This document shows positions 18,201-27,762 of a stretch of DNA of 64,000 nt, piece after piece. Made by a program: the position numbers and the translations under genes. The notes under the pieces were generated by a model. That model saw nothing but the letters and a program-made list of their open reading frames with translations, was not told the origin of the DNA and searched no databases. The number at the start of each line of letters is the position of its first letter. Within the stretch, counting starts at the first letter, position 1. This stretch comes from Candidatus Parcubacteria bacterium (GTDB lineage Bacteria; Patescibacteriota; Minisyncoccia; JACPXH01). The stretch lies in assembly GCA_016196625.1 (NCBI GenBank), contig JACPXH010000024.1, forward strand, positions 1,206 through 65,205, given 5' to 3'.

Positions 18201-18332
18201 CTAGACGCCTAGACGTCTTCGCCCCTTGGCTCGTCGACGCTTCAAGACACGCTTACCTCCGGCTGAGCGGCTGCGCTGTCTAAATCCGTGCTTGCTTCGC
18301 CGCTTGCGGCGCTTGATGCTAGTCAGGCGCAT
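18201..18332 (-). CDS. rpmH: 50S ribosomal protein L34. It is below the 60-aa cutoff of the ORF track.
   Basis: Manual translation of the reverse complement gives MRLTSIKRRKRRSKHGFRQRSRSAGGKRVLKRRRAKGRRRLGV*, matching the L34 consensus; 1-nt gap to rnpA. Confidence 0.8.
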   Translation of the reverse strand: MRLTSIKRRKRRSKHGFRQRSRSAGGKRVLKRRRAKGRRRLGV

Positions 18333-18494
18333 ATTCCCCTTAGTTTAGCGTTAAATTTTCTCTGCGGTCAACCACCGCGCTATTGTGCCGTTAGGGTAAG
18401 GCTTTTATAGTGCGAGGGACTCGCTGAAGAGCGGAAAACGAACATTTTTTATCAAACGTCAATATCTCGCATCAAACCCGCCACTATGCAGATA

Positions 18495-18514
18495 TTGTCC
18501 ACAGCTTGTCCACG
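18495..18514 (+). promoter_or_regulatory. Two tandem DnaA-box-like 9-mers, TTGTCCACA and TTGTCCACG, in the rpmH-dnaA intergenic region (candidate oriC / dnaA promoter region 18333-18589).
   Basis: One mismatch each to TTATCCACA; the classical origin-proximal gene order flanks them. Confidence 0.4.
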
Positions 18515-18589
18515 AAAAAGACGTATTGGTGCTCTTTTTTATTTTTTGTATACTGACTTTCACCAACGCAGATAAGCGGCTTCGCTTCT

Positions 18590-19960
18590 ATGACCCTCGA
18601 ACAACTCTGGCAGGCTGCACTCGGCGAAATCGAACTAACCCTCTCGAAGGCCCATTTTCATACGTGGCTCAAAAATACCACTATTGTCGCCCAAGAGAAC
18701 GGGGTGGTCTTAGTGAGTTGCCCAAACGGATTTACGAAGGAGTGGCTGGAGAACAAGTACAACAAACTAATCCTGCACGCGTTGCGCAACGTTTCAGAAG
18801 ATACCCGCGAAGTTCGCTACGTTATTGGCAAGGAGGCGGTACTCACCCCAAGCCCGGCCGCAAGGCGCCGGCGTGAACTGCTGGTGTCTCCACCCATGGA
18901 AGAACAGCTTGATTTTAAAGAACTGGCTGTTGATCCGAATACCAACCTAAACCCTAAATACACTTTTGAATCTTTTGTGGTGGGCTCGTTTAACGAGCTT
19001 GCTCACGCGGCTGCCCAGGCTGTTCTTAAAAACCCCGGCACAACTTACAATCCACTCTTTGTCTACGGTGGGGTTGGATTGGGGAAAACACATCTTTTGC
19101 AGGCCACCGGCAACGCGGTCGTTTCGCAGCACAAAAGTCTCGCCATCAAATATGTAACCGCTGACCGTCTGGCCAATGAAATCGTTTCATCGATCCTTGG
19201 TGGTTCCATCGACCAACTAAAGAACGACTATCGAAGAATCGATCTTCTAATTGTTGACGACGCGCAGTTCCTGTCGGGGAAAGAAAAGGTACAAGAAGAA
19301 GTGTTCCACACCTTCAATGTACTCTACCAGAAAAACAAGCAAATTATTTTCTCTTCGGATCGACCGCCAAAGGCCATCCCCACGCTGACTGAACGGCTCC
19401 GGTCTCGCTTTGAGGGCGGAATGGTGGCTGACATAAGCTATCCTGATTTTGAGACTCGTCTGGCGATCGTCAAAGCGAAGGCCCGAGAAAAAGAGCTCGC
19501 CCTTGACGCTGAGGCTGCCGCATATATCGCGACCCATTTCCAGAAAAACATTCGAGAACTGGAGGGGGCGCTAAACCGGGTGGCGTCGCAGGTTCGGGTG
19601 AGCCGCCAAAGTCCAACGGCTGCCTACGTCCAAAAATATCTGGCATCGATCATCAATGAACCCCGAAAAAACACCTCGCCCAAACAAGTAATTAAGGCGG
19701 TGGCCGAATTCTACGATCTTTCCGAGCGGGATCTTATCGAGCGTGGCCGCAAAAAAGAAATAGTACATCCGCGGCAGATCGCGATGTTTCTCCTGCGAGA
19801 AGAATTAAAAAACTCTTACCCGTTTATTGGTATGAAACTCGGCGGTCGCGACCACACTACAGTCATGCATGCGTACGACAAAATCAGCAAGGAGTTTGAG
19901 GAGAATGAAAACCTGCGCCGGGAAATACATCTCATTAAAGAACGCATCTATAACGTGTAG
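18590..19960 (+). CDS. dnaA: Chromosomal replication initiator DnaA.
   Basis: GVGLGKTHLL Walker A, box VII and a C-terminal HTH; 456 aa. Confidence 0.95.
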   Translation: MTLEQLWQAALGEIELTLSKAHFHTWLKNTTIVAQENGVVLVSCPNGFTKEWLENKYNKLILHALRNVSEDTREVRYVIGKEAVLTPSPAARRRRELLVSPPMEEQLDFKELAVDPNTNLNPKYTFESFVVGSFNELAHAAAQAVLKNPGTTYNPLFVYGGVGLGKTHLLQATGNAVVSQHKSLAIKYVTADRLANEIVSSILGGSIDQLKNDYRRIDLLIVDDAQFLSGKEKVQEEVFHTFNVLYQKNKQIIFSSDRPPKAIPTLTERLRSRFEGGMVADISYPDFETRLAIVKAKAREKELALDAEAAAYIATHFQKNIRELEGALNRVASQVRVSRQSPTAAYVQKYLASIINEPRKNTSPKQVIKAVAEFYDLSERDLIERGRKKEIVHPRQIAMFLLREELKNSYPFIGMKLGGRDHTTVMHAYDKISKEFEENENLRREIHLIKERIYNV

Positions 19961-20150
19961 ATGGGGTGGGGGATAACGCCTGTAAAAACTCCTGACAAAA
20001 CAGTATTTTTTGGGGTCGCCATATTTCTCCACCGAGCACACAGCGGGTTACCAGAACTTACCCACCACCATATCCACTGCTATATATAAGTAAGCGCGCC
20101 GCGTAATTTTCAGATGTTTAGTAATAATATTTAGTTAGTACTATACGGAT
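19961..20150. promoter_or_regulatory. AT-rich dnaA-dnaN intergenic region (TATATATAAGTAAG...TTTAGTAATAATATTTAGTTAGTACTATA) with degenerate DnaA-box-like words. Candidate DNA unwinding element / oriC.
   Basis: Marked AT-richness against a GC-rich background; typical oriC location. Confidence 0.35.
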
Positions 20151-21266
20151 ATGAGATTTACTTGCTTGCAGGAAAACCTACAAAACGCGTTGAGTGTTGT
20201 AGAGCGCATTGCGGGACGCAATGCCGCACTACCGATTTTGAGCGCCGTGCTCATAAGTACGCACCAGAATCGTCTACAGTTTGTGGCTACCGACCTGGAG
20301 CTTGGTGCAACAACCTGGTGCGCTGGAAAATTAGAAGGCGAAGGGCGACTCGCCCTGCCCATGCGTCTTATTACCCAGTTTGTCTCTAATTTCATTCCCC
20401 AAACGAAACTGCAGCTTGACTTTAATCCACCCCACCTAACCGTTACCACCGAAAATTCTAAGGCCACGTTCCGGGGCCTGGACACCAAGGACTTTCCCAT
20501 TATTCCGGCATTCACACCACTCCACGCCGTAACCGTCCCAGTCAAAACACTTCTGCACGGTCTGGGGCAAGTTCTGCCCGCAGTAGCCACCCACGAAGCA
20601 CGACCGGAAATCAACGGCGTGCTGTTCGCTATATCCAAAAACGAACTCAAGCTTGCGGCGACTGACACATTTCGGCTGGCTGAAAAAATAATTACCACCC
20701 AGGCGCCTGACGACAACGTAAGCCGGGCGGCCCGCGTCATCGTCCCACACCGAACTCTCCACGAAGTCGTGCGCATTTTTAGCGCCGGCACCGAAGACAT
20801 CCACATTGACGTCGGCGAACATCAACTGTGCTTTCATACTCCGACAGCCCAGCTTATTTCACGGCTCATCGCGGGCGAGTACCCAAACTACGCCGCGATT
20901 ATACCAACCAAGTTTCAAAACAATACCGTGGTGGCCTCAAAAGCTTTTGCGGGTTTGGTCCGGGGCGCAGCGATCTTCGCCACCAAGCTAAATGATATTC
21001 ATGTCGGGATTGAAACATCGAAACGCGCGGTGCGTGTTTCGGCCGTCGACCCAGATAAAGGCGACCACACCGCCACTGCGCCGGCCGAAATATCCGGTGA
21101 GCCGCTGGAGGCCAGCTTCAATTACCGGTACTTACTAGACGGCATTGAGGCCATCCCCACCGACAACCTTGAGTTCGCAGCCACTTCCGCTTCCACCCCA
21201 GCGGTGATCAAGCCGCGCGGCGACCCAAGTTTTATTTATGTCATCATGCCGATTCGGCGCAGTTAA
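20151..21266 (+). CDS. dnaN: DNA polymerase III beta sliding clamp.
   Basis: 371 aa; N-terminus MRFTCLQENLQNAL...; follows dnaA. Confidence 0.9.
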   Translation: MRFTCLQENLQNALSVVERIAGRNAALPILSAVLISTHQNRLQFVATDLELGATTWCAGKLEGEGRLALPMRLITQFVSNFIPQTKLQLDFNPPHLTVTTENSKATFRGLDTKDFPIIPAFTPLHAVTVPVKTLLHGLGQVLPAVATHEARPEINGVLFAISKNELKLAATDTFRLAEKIITTQAPDDNVSRAARVIVPHRTLHEVVRIFSAGTEDIHIDVGEHQLCFHTPTAQLISRLIAGEYPNYAAIIPTKFQNNTVVASKAFAGLVRGAAIFATKLNDIHVGIETSKRAVRVSAVDPDKGDHTATAPAEISGEPLEASFNYRYLLDGIEAIPTDNLEFAATSASTPAVIKPRGDPSFIYVIMPIRRS

Positions 21267-21745
21267 GATATATTGGCGTCAGTGTTTACTCCACTTCAAT
21301 CCGATCTGGAAGAACGCATGCGCCGCCTCGGAGCACGGCGTCAAACCGCCGAGCGCGACATCACGCGCGAAACGCGCAGAGCCGCGGCGACGCTTGAAGT
21401 TTCCGCACACGTTATTCAGGCCACGCTCCAAGGGGCAGCCGCCACGGTCAGGTGCAGATCCGCCGCGGCCGCGAGCTTTCTCTACCTTCACCGGGTTGAA
21501 TTCCAACAACGCCTTTCCGAACAGCTTTTCATCGCTGTTCGGAATGTGCGACTTAGGACTTAAATTCCTCGTTTAGAGGCAGACGGGTTCGTTCTTAAGC
21601 CACCTCGCCCCCAACTTCGCCTAGTCCCGACCGGGCTTCGCGAAACCAGAACAGTTCAAGGGGTATCCTGACCCCGTGTACTTTCCCCGTCACGCCCGGG
21701 GCGCTTCCCGCCGTCGCAGAGGCCACTGGCTCTGCCCGTGGGACT

Positions 21746-24217
21746 TTACTGCACCGAAAAGACAAGGTTCTGCTCGGTTTTGTTTCCAACCGTGTCCGCG
21801 GCCTTAATAATCGCTTCGTGTTCGCCTGCTCCCAGCGTGTCTTTCCGCCAGCCGAAGCGGTAGGGCGGGGCGTCTTTTTCACCGGCAAATTCTCCGTCGA
21901 GGTAGATCTGGACCGCTGTGATCGGGTAGCGAGCCTGAATTTCCACCTGGATAATAACCGGATCTGTTGTTACGACGCTCCCGCTAGGCGCAAGCACGGT
22001 CAGTCTCGGGGTCGTCTCCGGCGTGTGGACATCGTCGAATTCAGTGGGCGGCGCGGCGGAGGGAATTAACTCCGGATGGGTCTGCGCCCACCCCTGAAGC
22101 GCGCTTTCCCAGTTGTTGTACTGCGGGTCACTGGCTGGATCTGACGGTGGCGGGCCGCTGGGGTCGTCTGGATTTACCGCCGCAAGAATCGTGTGCAGCC
22201 CTGGAAAGCGGCGGCGCTCGATTAGTTCCGGCGGCGTATACTGGGTCGCGATTTTTCCGGAAATGCGGTCAATGGCCACTACGGTCTCGACGTACGGTTC
22301 GCCCTTAAGGACAGATTTTTCGGCCGGCACCGGGTCTGGTTTCGTAAATGTCTCGGGCGGCGTTCCCGCGAGCGCCTCCTCCATAAATTTATGCCAAATC
22401 GGCCCGGCCGCTTGCACGCCGGCTCCGCCCTTCGTCATGGGCTGGCCATCGTTGTTGCCGGTCCAAACTCCGGCGGCCAGGCTCGGCGTATACCCCACGA
22501 TCCAGGCATCGCGGTAGCGTTCAGTGGTTCCGGTTTTTGCCGCGACCTGACGGTCAGGAAAGAAGAGCGGCGAGCGTGCTCCGAAAACCGGGGCGCGGGC
22601 GGCATTATCCGAAAGGATGTCGGTAACGAGACGGGCGACCTGCGGTTCCAGCACGCGCCGCGCGCCATCCCGCCACGCTTCGAGCGTTTCGTCGTTGGGC
22701 CCCCCCACGCGTAAGATGCCAACTGGCGGGTGGCGCACCCCTTCTTGGCTGAAGACGCCGTACGCAGAGACGAGCTCCATCAATTTCACCTCGCCCGCGC
22801 CGAGCACGAGCGCGAGCCCGAAACGCGAGCGGTCGGCGAGCGTGGTGATGCCCAAGGCTTCGGCGGTGGCGATGGTTTTGTCAATGCCGGCGAGGTAGAG
22901 CACTTTGACCGAAGGGATGTTAAGCGACTGCGCCAAGGCCTGGCGCATGGTAACCGGACCGCGGAATTTATCGTCGTAGTTGCCCGGCGCGTAGGGTTCC
23001 GCGGGGTTGATTGAGAAGTTGGTGGGCACGTCAAAAATAACGGTTTCGGGCGGGAAGCCTTTTTGGAAGGCGGTCGCGTACGCAAGAGGCTTGAAAGCCG
23101 AGCCGGGTTGGCGGGGGCGGAGTGCTACGTTGACATTGCCGTCGTGCTCTTGGTCAAAATAGTCCCGAGACCCCACCATAACCAACACCTGGCCGGTTTT
23201 GGGGTCGATGGCCGCGAGGGCCGCGTTGGAGGCTTGGTAGAGTTTTTCATTGCGGGTCGCACCCTCGCGCACCGCGCGCTCGGCGATGTCTTGGAGCCTC
23301 GCATCGAGAGTGGTGACGACAGTCAGACCCCCGCGCTCGATTGCTTCCGGTCCGTATCGCTCTTCCAGTTGACTGCGGATCCAAAAGACGAAATGAGGCG
23401 CCCGGATGTTCTCGCGGCGCGGCCGGAATGCCAGCACCTCGGTTTTGGCGCCGTCCCGATCGGCCTCGGCAATGTACCCTTGTTCGGCCATCTTCGCGAG
23501 AATGAAGTTTTTGCGGGCCATGAGTTCTTCGGGTTGGTTGCCGTACGGAGAATAGTATGACGGTGCCTTGGGAAGAGCGGCGAGCGTTGCCGCTTGCGCC
23601 AGCGTCAAATCCTTGGCGGACTTGCCGAAATAAGTTTGACTTGCCGCTTCAATGCCATAAGCGCTGGCCCCATAGGGGATCTGGTTTAAGTACATCGAAA
23701 GGATGTCGTCCTTGCCATAGAACCACTCGAGTTCAACCGCCAGCACGACCTCTTTGATCTTGCGGGCGAAGGAACGCTTGGAGGTCAAAAGCGAGTTCTT
23801 GATGAACTGTTGGGTGATGGTGGAGCCGCCTTGGCTGATGCGTCGGCCGCGGAGGTTCGAGAGTGCCGCCCGGAGGATGCCGCGCATGTCTATGCCGTGG
23901 TGGCGGTAGAAGTTGGCATCCTCAATGGCCACGGTGGCGTCTTTGACCGCTTGGGGGATGTCAGAGGCTGGAATGAGCGTGCGTTTTTCTTCGCCGTGGA
24001 CTTCATAGAGCAATGTTTGGCCGGTGCGGTCGTAGATTTTGGTTGATTGCGTGAAACGTACTTGCCCGAGCGCTTTGGGGTTCGGGAGGTCTTTGGCGAC
24101 ATATAGAAATACGGCCGCGACCAACAGCGCCCCCAGGCCCAGCAGAAGGAAAAAGGCCCTCACGAGTTTTCGTAAGGGGTGTCGCCGGGGTTTGGGATGG
24201 CCGGATGCTGGCGGCAT
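21746..24217 (-). CDS. Class A penicillin-binding protein (PBP1A-type bifunctional transglycosylase/transpeptidase).
   Basis: N-terminal TM helix, GT51 motifs (EDANFYRHHGID, RKIKEVVLAVELE), TPase SAFKP. Confidence 0.9.
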   Translation of the reverse strand: MPPASGHPKPRRHPLRKLVRAFFLLLGLGALLVAAVFLYVAKDLPNPKALGQVRFTQSTKIYDRTGQTLLYEVHGEEKRTLIPASDIPQAVKDATVAIEDANFYRHHGIDMRGILRAALSNLRGRRISQGGSTITQQFIKNSLLTSKRSFARKIKEVVLAVELEWFYGKDDILSMYLNQIPYGASAYGIEAASQTYFGKSAKDLTLAQAATLAALPKAPSYYSPYGNQPEELMARKNFILAKMAEQGYIAEADRDGAKTEVLAFRPRRENIRAPHFVFWIRSQLEERYGPEAIERGGLTVVTTLDARLQDIAERAVREGATRNEKLYQASNAALAAIDPKTGQVLVMVGSRDYFDQEHDGNVNVALRPRQPGSAFKPLAYATAFQKGFPPETVIFDVPTNFSINPAEPYAPGNYDDKFRGPVTMRQALAQSLNIPSVKVLYLAGIDKTIATAEALGITTLADRSRFGLALVLGAGEVKLMELVSAYGVFSQEGVRHPPVGILRVGGPNDETLEAWRDGARRVLEPQVARLVTDILSDNAARAPVFGARSPLFFPDRQVAAKTGTTERYRDAWIVGYTPSLAAGVWTGNNDGQPMTKGGAGVQAAGPIWHKFMEEALAGTPPETFTKPDPVPAEKSVLKGEPYVETVVAIDRISGKIATQYTPPELIERRRFPGLHTILAAVNPDDPSGPPPSDPASDPQYNNWESALQGWAQTHPELIPSAAPPTEFDDVHTPETTPRLTVLAPSGSVVTTDPVIIQVEIQARYPITAVQIYLDGEFAGEKDAPPYRFGWRKDTLGAGEHEAIIKAADTVGNKTEQNLVFSVQ

Positions 24218-24270
24218 ATCGTTACAAAGACGCTACCACATTTTCGAGCAAGGATCAATAAAAATCGAGA

Positions 24271-24292
24271 GGGCGCAGCCGCGGCTGCGCCC
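24271..24292 (-). terminator. Rho-independent terminator for gene 24299-24997 (hairpin GGGCGCAGCC-GC-GGCTGCGCCC, followed on the minus strand by TCTCGATTTTTATTG).
   Basis: Perfect 10-bp stem plus a U-run on the minus strand. Confidence 0.5.
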
Positions 24293-24298
24293 CAAGGG

Positions 24299-24997
24299 TT
24301 ACGCTCCTCGGAGCGGAAGACGAGGAGGTTCGAGTTCGCGCATCGCGCATCGGTAGCTCTCCCAGATGGCCTTCGGGACATCCTCTCCAAGGTGCGGAAC
24401 CGAGAACGGTTGGGGCTCGATGAGGGCGCGATCCTCGAGGAGGTGCAGACGGTTCTCCGACCGCACTCGCACGCGCTCGTCCGCAACCAAGCAGATGCCG
24501 TGGGGGAACAGGAAGTAGAAGTAGTCGCGGTTGATGGGTGCGGCAAGCAGCGTCCATTCGTGCGGGTTCCGTTGCGAGAACCCCGGCGCGACCTGACCGA
24601 CGTGCTGGACGACCGTTTGCGATAGGTCCCGGATGCGCTCGACGGCGAGGACGTGCCACTCGGCTGGGTGCAGGTACTTCCACAAATCCCACCCGGGCGG
24701 GATGAGCGGGAACCACAGCTGTCGGTAGGTTGGTCCGGCATGGGTCTGGCCGAACCACTGCACCGTGCGCGTTAGCTGCTTTCTGCCGCCGACCCGAAAC
24801 AGCACGTCGAGCATCCGCGGCCGCGGGATCGTTGGCCAGCGTTCTTCGTTTGGCGTCTCGTTAATGAACTGCAGGAACCCGAGCGACGTCGGCTCTGCGT
24901 ACGGGTCGAACCGATACATACCACCCATGATAAGCCCCCTTATTCGACAGGTTTCTGTGCGGTTTATGATACACGACTCTGCCAACTCGTCAACCAA
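24299..24997 (-). CDS. Conserved hypothetical protein. The true start is probably the internal MGGMYRFDPY, around 24928.
   Basis: ORF track; followed by a terminator. Confidence 0.4.
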   Translation of the reverse strand: MVDELAESCIINRTETCRIRGLIMGGMYRFDPYAEPTSLGFLQFINETPNEERWPTIPRPRMLDVLFRVGGRKQLTRTVQWFGQTHAGPTYRQLWFPLIPPGWDLWKYLHPAEWHVLAVERIRDLSQTVVQHVGQVAPGFSQRNPHEWTLLAAPINRDYFYFLFPHGICLVADERVRVRSENRLHLLEDRALIEPQPFSVPHLGEDVPKAIWESYRCAMRELEPPRLPLRGA

Positions 24998-25041
24998 GCG
25001 CGCGTTGTTTTCTGCGGTGCGGACGGGTACAATGGCGCCAT

Positions 25042-26235
25042 ATGGGCGACGCCATTCAACAACTTCTTACCCACAGCGTTGAGACGGTGATCGAGCGTGA
25101 GCACCTCGAGAAACGCTTGCGAGCAGGCACACCATTGCGCGTCAAGCACGGGATTGACCCGACCGGGCCGAAGATTCACCTGGGGCGGGCGGTGGTATTG
25201 TGGAAACTTCGCGAATTTCAGGACTTGGGCCATCACGTCGTCCTTATTGTGGGGGATTACACCGCGCAGATCGGCGATGCCTCTGATAAAACGCAGCGGC
25301 GCGCGCCGCTCACCACAAAGCAGGTTCAAGAAAATCTCAAGGGGTACCTGGACCAGATTGCGAAAATCATTGACGTTGCGAAAGCTGAGGTGCGCTACAA
25401 CAGCGAGTGGCTCGCAAAACTTGACGGGCAAGACCTCGTTGCGCTGGCGCGCGAATTCACCGTGTACCAAATGCTCGCGCGGCGGAACTTCAAGGATCGG
25501 TTCGACGGCGGCCGCGAGATTGGGCTCGACGAATTTTTGTACCCCTTGTTTCAGGGATACGATTCGGTTGCGGTCAAGGCCGACGTGGAGATCGGCGGTT
25601 CAGACCAATTATTTAATCTCACCGCCGGCCGAAAAATCCAGGAGCATTTTGGCCAGCCGCCCCAGGACATTTTGACGACCAAGATGTTGATCGGCCTCGA
25701 CGGTCGTAAAATGTCCACGTCCTGGGGCAACGTGGTGAATATCACGGATTCGCCGACAGATCAGTTTGGCAAACTCATGAGCCTGCGTGACGATTTGACG
25801 CCCGAATACCTCGAACTGGCTTCGGGGTTGCCAGCATCCAAGGTCGCCGAACTCACTGCCGCGCTCAAGGCAGGCACAAGCCCCCGCGATATCAAGGCGC
25901 AGATGGCCGAGGCGGTGGTGGCGCGGTATCACGGCGAGAGCGCTGCCCGGCGCGCAGCAGCCGAGTTCAGTGCGGTGTTTGGCGCCGGCGGCTTCCCGGA
26001 AGACGCGCCGCCGGTTGCGGTGTCAGCCAGGGAACAAACCGCGCTGGAGCTGGTGATGGCTTCGGGACTTGCGCCGTCAAAGTCTGAAGCCCGGCGGCTC
26101 ATTGCGCAGGGCGCGGTGGAGCTCGACAAGAGCATACTGAGAGACGCAAACGAGCGAGTTATTGTCCGGTCAGGTAGCCAGTTGCGCGTGGGCAAACACC
26201 GGTTTGCAAAAATTGTGCTCGCGGACAATGATTAA
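25042..26235 (+). CDS. tyrS: Tyrosyl-tRNA synthetase.
   Basis: HIGH-region GIDPTGPKIHLGR, KMSKS motif KMSTSWGN, C-terminal S4-like domain. Confidence 0.85.
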   Translation: MGDAIQQLLTHSVETVIEREHLEKRLRAGTPLRVKHGIDPTGPKIHLGRAVVLWKLREFQDLGHHVVLIVGDYTAQIGDASDKTQRRAPLTTKQVQENLKGYLDQIAKIIDVAKAEVRYNSEWLAKLDGQDLVALAREFTVYQMLARRNFKDRFDGGREIGLDEFLYPLFQGYDSVAVKADVEIGGSDQLFNLTAGRKIQEHFGQPPQDILTTKMLIGLDGRKMSTSWGNVVNITDSPTDQFGKLMSLRDDLTPEYLELASGLPASKVAELTAALKAGTSPRDIKAQMAEAVVARYHGESAARRAAAEFSAVFGAGGFPEDAPPVAVSAREQTALELVMASGLAPSKSEARRLIAQGAVELDKSILRDANERVIVRSGSQLRVGKHRFAKIVLADND

Positions 26236-26361
26236 GCGCATTGGGCGGATGTACGTGGTATTGAGCGAAACGACCGGCCGGAACCTTGTTGACCGCGAAG
26301 AGAGTCAGCCCCCAAACAACCCACGCGTTCTTTTTACCTCAAACCAGAGAGGAGGGGAGGG

Positions 26362-27327
26362 ATGGCGAGTGTGCGAATCATCGGCATCGGGTCGTATCTT
26401 CCGGCGCAGCGGCTCTCGACAGGAGCGGCGGTTGAGCGGATTAAGCGGGCCGGCGGCGAAGCGGATACCAGCAGTGAGTGGATTCTCCGGCGCACGGGTA
26501 TTGCCGAGCGCCGCATGGCAGAGACGTTGCCCACCGTCAGCCTCGCTTTCCGAGCTTCGGTGCGGGCGCTTAAGCAGGCCGGACTGCGGCCAAAGGACCT
26601 CAACCTTATTTGCGTCCCGACTATCACCGCCGAGGAACGTCTGCCTATCACCGCCCCAGAGTTGCAGCGCAAACTCGGTGTTTCACGACTCGGCAGGCCG
26701 GCGTTTAACATATCCGCCGCGTGTTCAGGGTTTGTATATGGATTGGCGGTGTTGGTCCCCATGATGCGCGACAGCCCCCGATATCAACGCGCACTCCTTG
26801 TTTGCGCTGAGCGACTTTCTCGGCACATCAACTGGAGCGATCGGGGCACTGCCCCGCTGTTCGCCGACGGTGCCGGAGCGGTAGCGCTCGAGCGAACCGA
26901 TGAGGATGGCGTAGGGGTGTTGGCTGTCAATATTGGCGCCAACGGCGAGGCGGGGACGGCCTTTACGTTGCCAGTACAGGGATCCATTACTATGGATGGG
27001 GCGCGAGTGTTCGAACTGGCGGTTGAGGCCATGGTATGTGCGAGTCGAGAAGTGCTCGCTGAAGCCAAGCTCGCCACCACCGACCTTGCCGCTATCGTCC
27101 CGCACCAAGCCAATCTGCGGATCATGACCGCAGTGGCAAAACGTCTTGGCGCCGCGACCGACCAGCTTATCACGACCATTCGCGAGCACGGGAACACTTC
27201 GGCCGCTTCGATCCCCCTTGCGCTCGACTGGGCGGTCAAGCAAGGACGGATAAAACCAGGCGATTTGGTACTCACCCCAGCCTTTGGTGGGGGAGCTACG
27301 TGGGGCGCGGCGCTCATCAGATGGTAA
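26362..27327 (+). CDS. fabH: 3-oxoacyl-ACP synthase III (FabH/KAS III-like).
   Basis: Active-site AACSGF, HQANLRI, GNTSAAS; RBS GAGGAGGGGAGGG upstream. Confidence 0.75.
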   Translation: MASVRIIGIGSYLPAQRLSTGAAVERIKRAGGEADTSSEWILRRTGIAERRMAETLPTVSLAFRASVRALKQAGLRPKDLNLICVPTITAEERLPITAPELQRKLGVSRLGRPAFNISAACSGFVYGLAVLVPMMRDSPRYQRALLVCAERLSRHINWSDRGTAPLFADGAGAVALERTDEDGVGVLAVNIGANGEAGTAFTLPVQGSITMDGARVFELAVEAMVCASREVLAEAKLATTDLAAIVPHQANLRIMTAVAKRLGAATDQLITTIREHGNTSAASIPLALDWAVKQGRIKPGDLVLTPAFGGGATWGAALIRW

Positions 27328-27331
27328 TTCA

Positions 27332-27370
27332 GGGGGGCGATCCTCGAGGATCGCCCCCCCGCTTTGCCTT
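27332..27370 (+). terminator. Rho-independent terminator after fabH (GGGGGGCGATCC-TCGA-GGATCGCCCCCC followed by a T-rich tract).
   Basis: Perfect 12-bp stem read from the sequence. Confidence 0.5.
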
Positions 27371-27482
27371 GTTATTGACCCCGTACTACAACGGTGGAGC
27401 TAAGCTGCAAGGTCTGTGCGTCCATAACTGGTTTGAGCGTTGAGTCAAGAGCAAGTAGCTGTGTCGCGTTGTAGTACGGGGG

Positions 27483-27510
27483 TTGACAGGATTCCCGATG
27501 CCCCTATAAT
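27483..27510 (+). promoter_or_regulatory. Consensus sigma70-type promoter: TTGACA, 16-bp spacer, TATAAT.
   Basis: Exact consensus hexamers at 27483-27488 and 27505-27510. Confidence 0.45.
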
Positions 27511-27527
27511 AGCGGTACTTATTATTT

Positions 27528-27698
27528 ATGTTCGTGGTTATGTCCCATATGACGCACGATCTTCTTGGGCGCGAGACGCTTCTTGCCGATCAGCTGGAAG
27601 AAGGAGCGATTCCGGGGGTTAGTCCGGAAAGCGATCCTGAAATGGAAGGGGAAGGGGAGGAGGACGAGGAAGCTGAAGGCGAGGGCGAAGTCGTATAA
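27528..27698 (+). CDS. Candidate 56-aa highly acidic small protein (MFVVMSHMTHDLLGRETLLADQLEEGAIPGVSPESDPEMEGEGEEDEEAEGEGEVV) driven by the consensus promoter, with a near-leaderless transcript. Followed by a 15-bp-stem hairpin at 27716-27748.
   Basis: Manual ORF, below the track cutoff; no SD. Confidence 0.25.
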   Translation: MFVVMSHMTHDLLGRETLLADQLEEGAIPGVSPESDPEMEGEGEEDEEAEGEGEVV

Positions 27699-27762
27699 TC
27701 TGGACCCGAATACTCCCACAGACGCCGCACTTGGTGCGGCGTCTGTGGCGTCTGGGCGCTGG

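Noticed and set aside
21273-21563. 96-aa ORF after dnaN (TTG start), or the antisense 76-aa ORF.
   Set aside because: Weak start, no SD and no recognisable motif. The 21267-21745 spacer could not be assigned as coding or RNA, and no tRNA- or RNase P-like signature was found there.
27640-27670. SRP RNA domain-IV-like word GTCCGGAAAGCGATCC.
   Set aside because: The surrounding sequence does not form the conserved helix 8 symmetric/asymmetric loops. The region is better explained as coding for the small acidic ORF.
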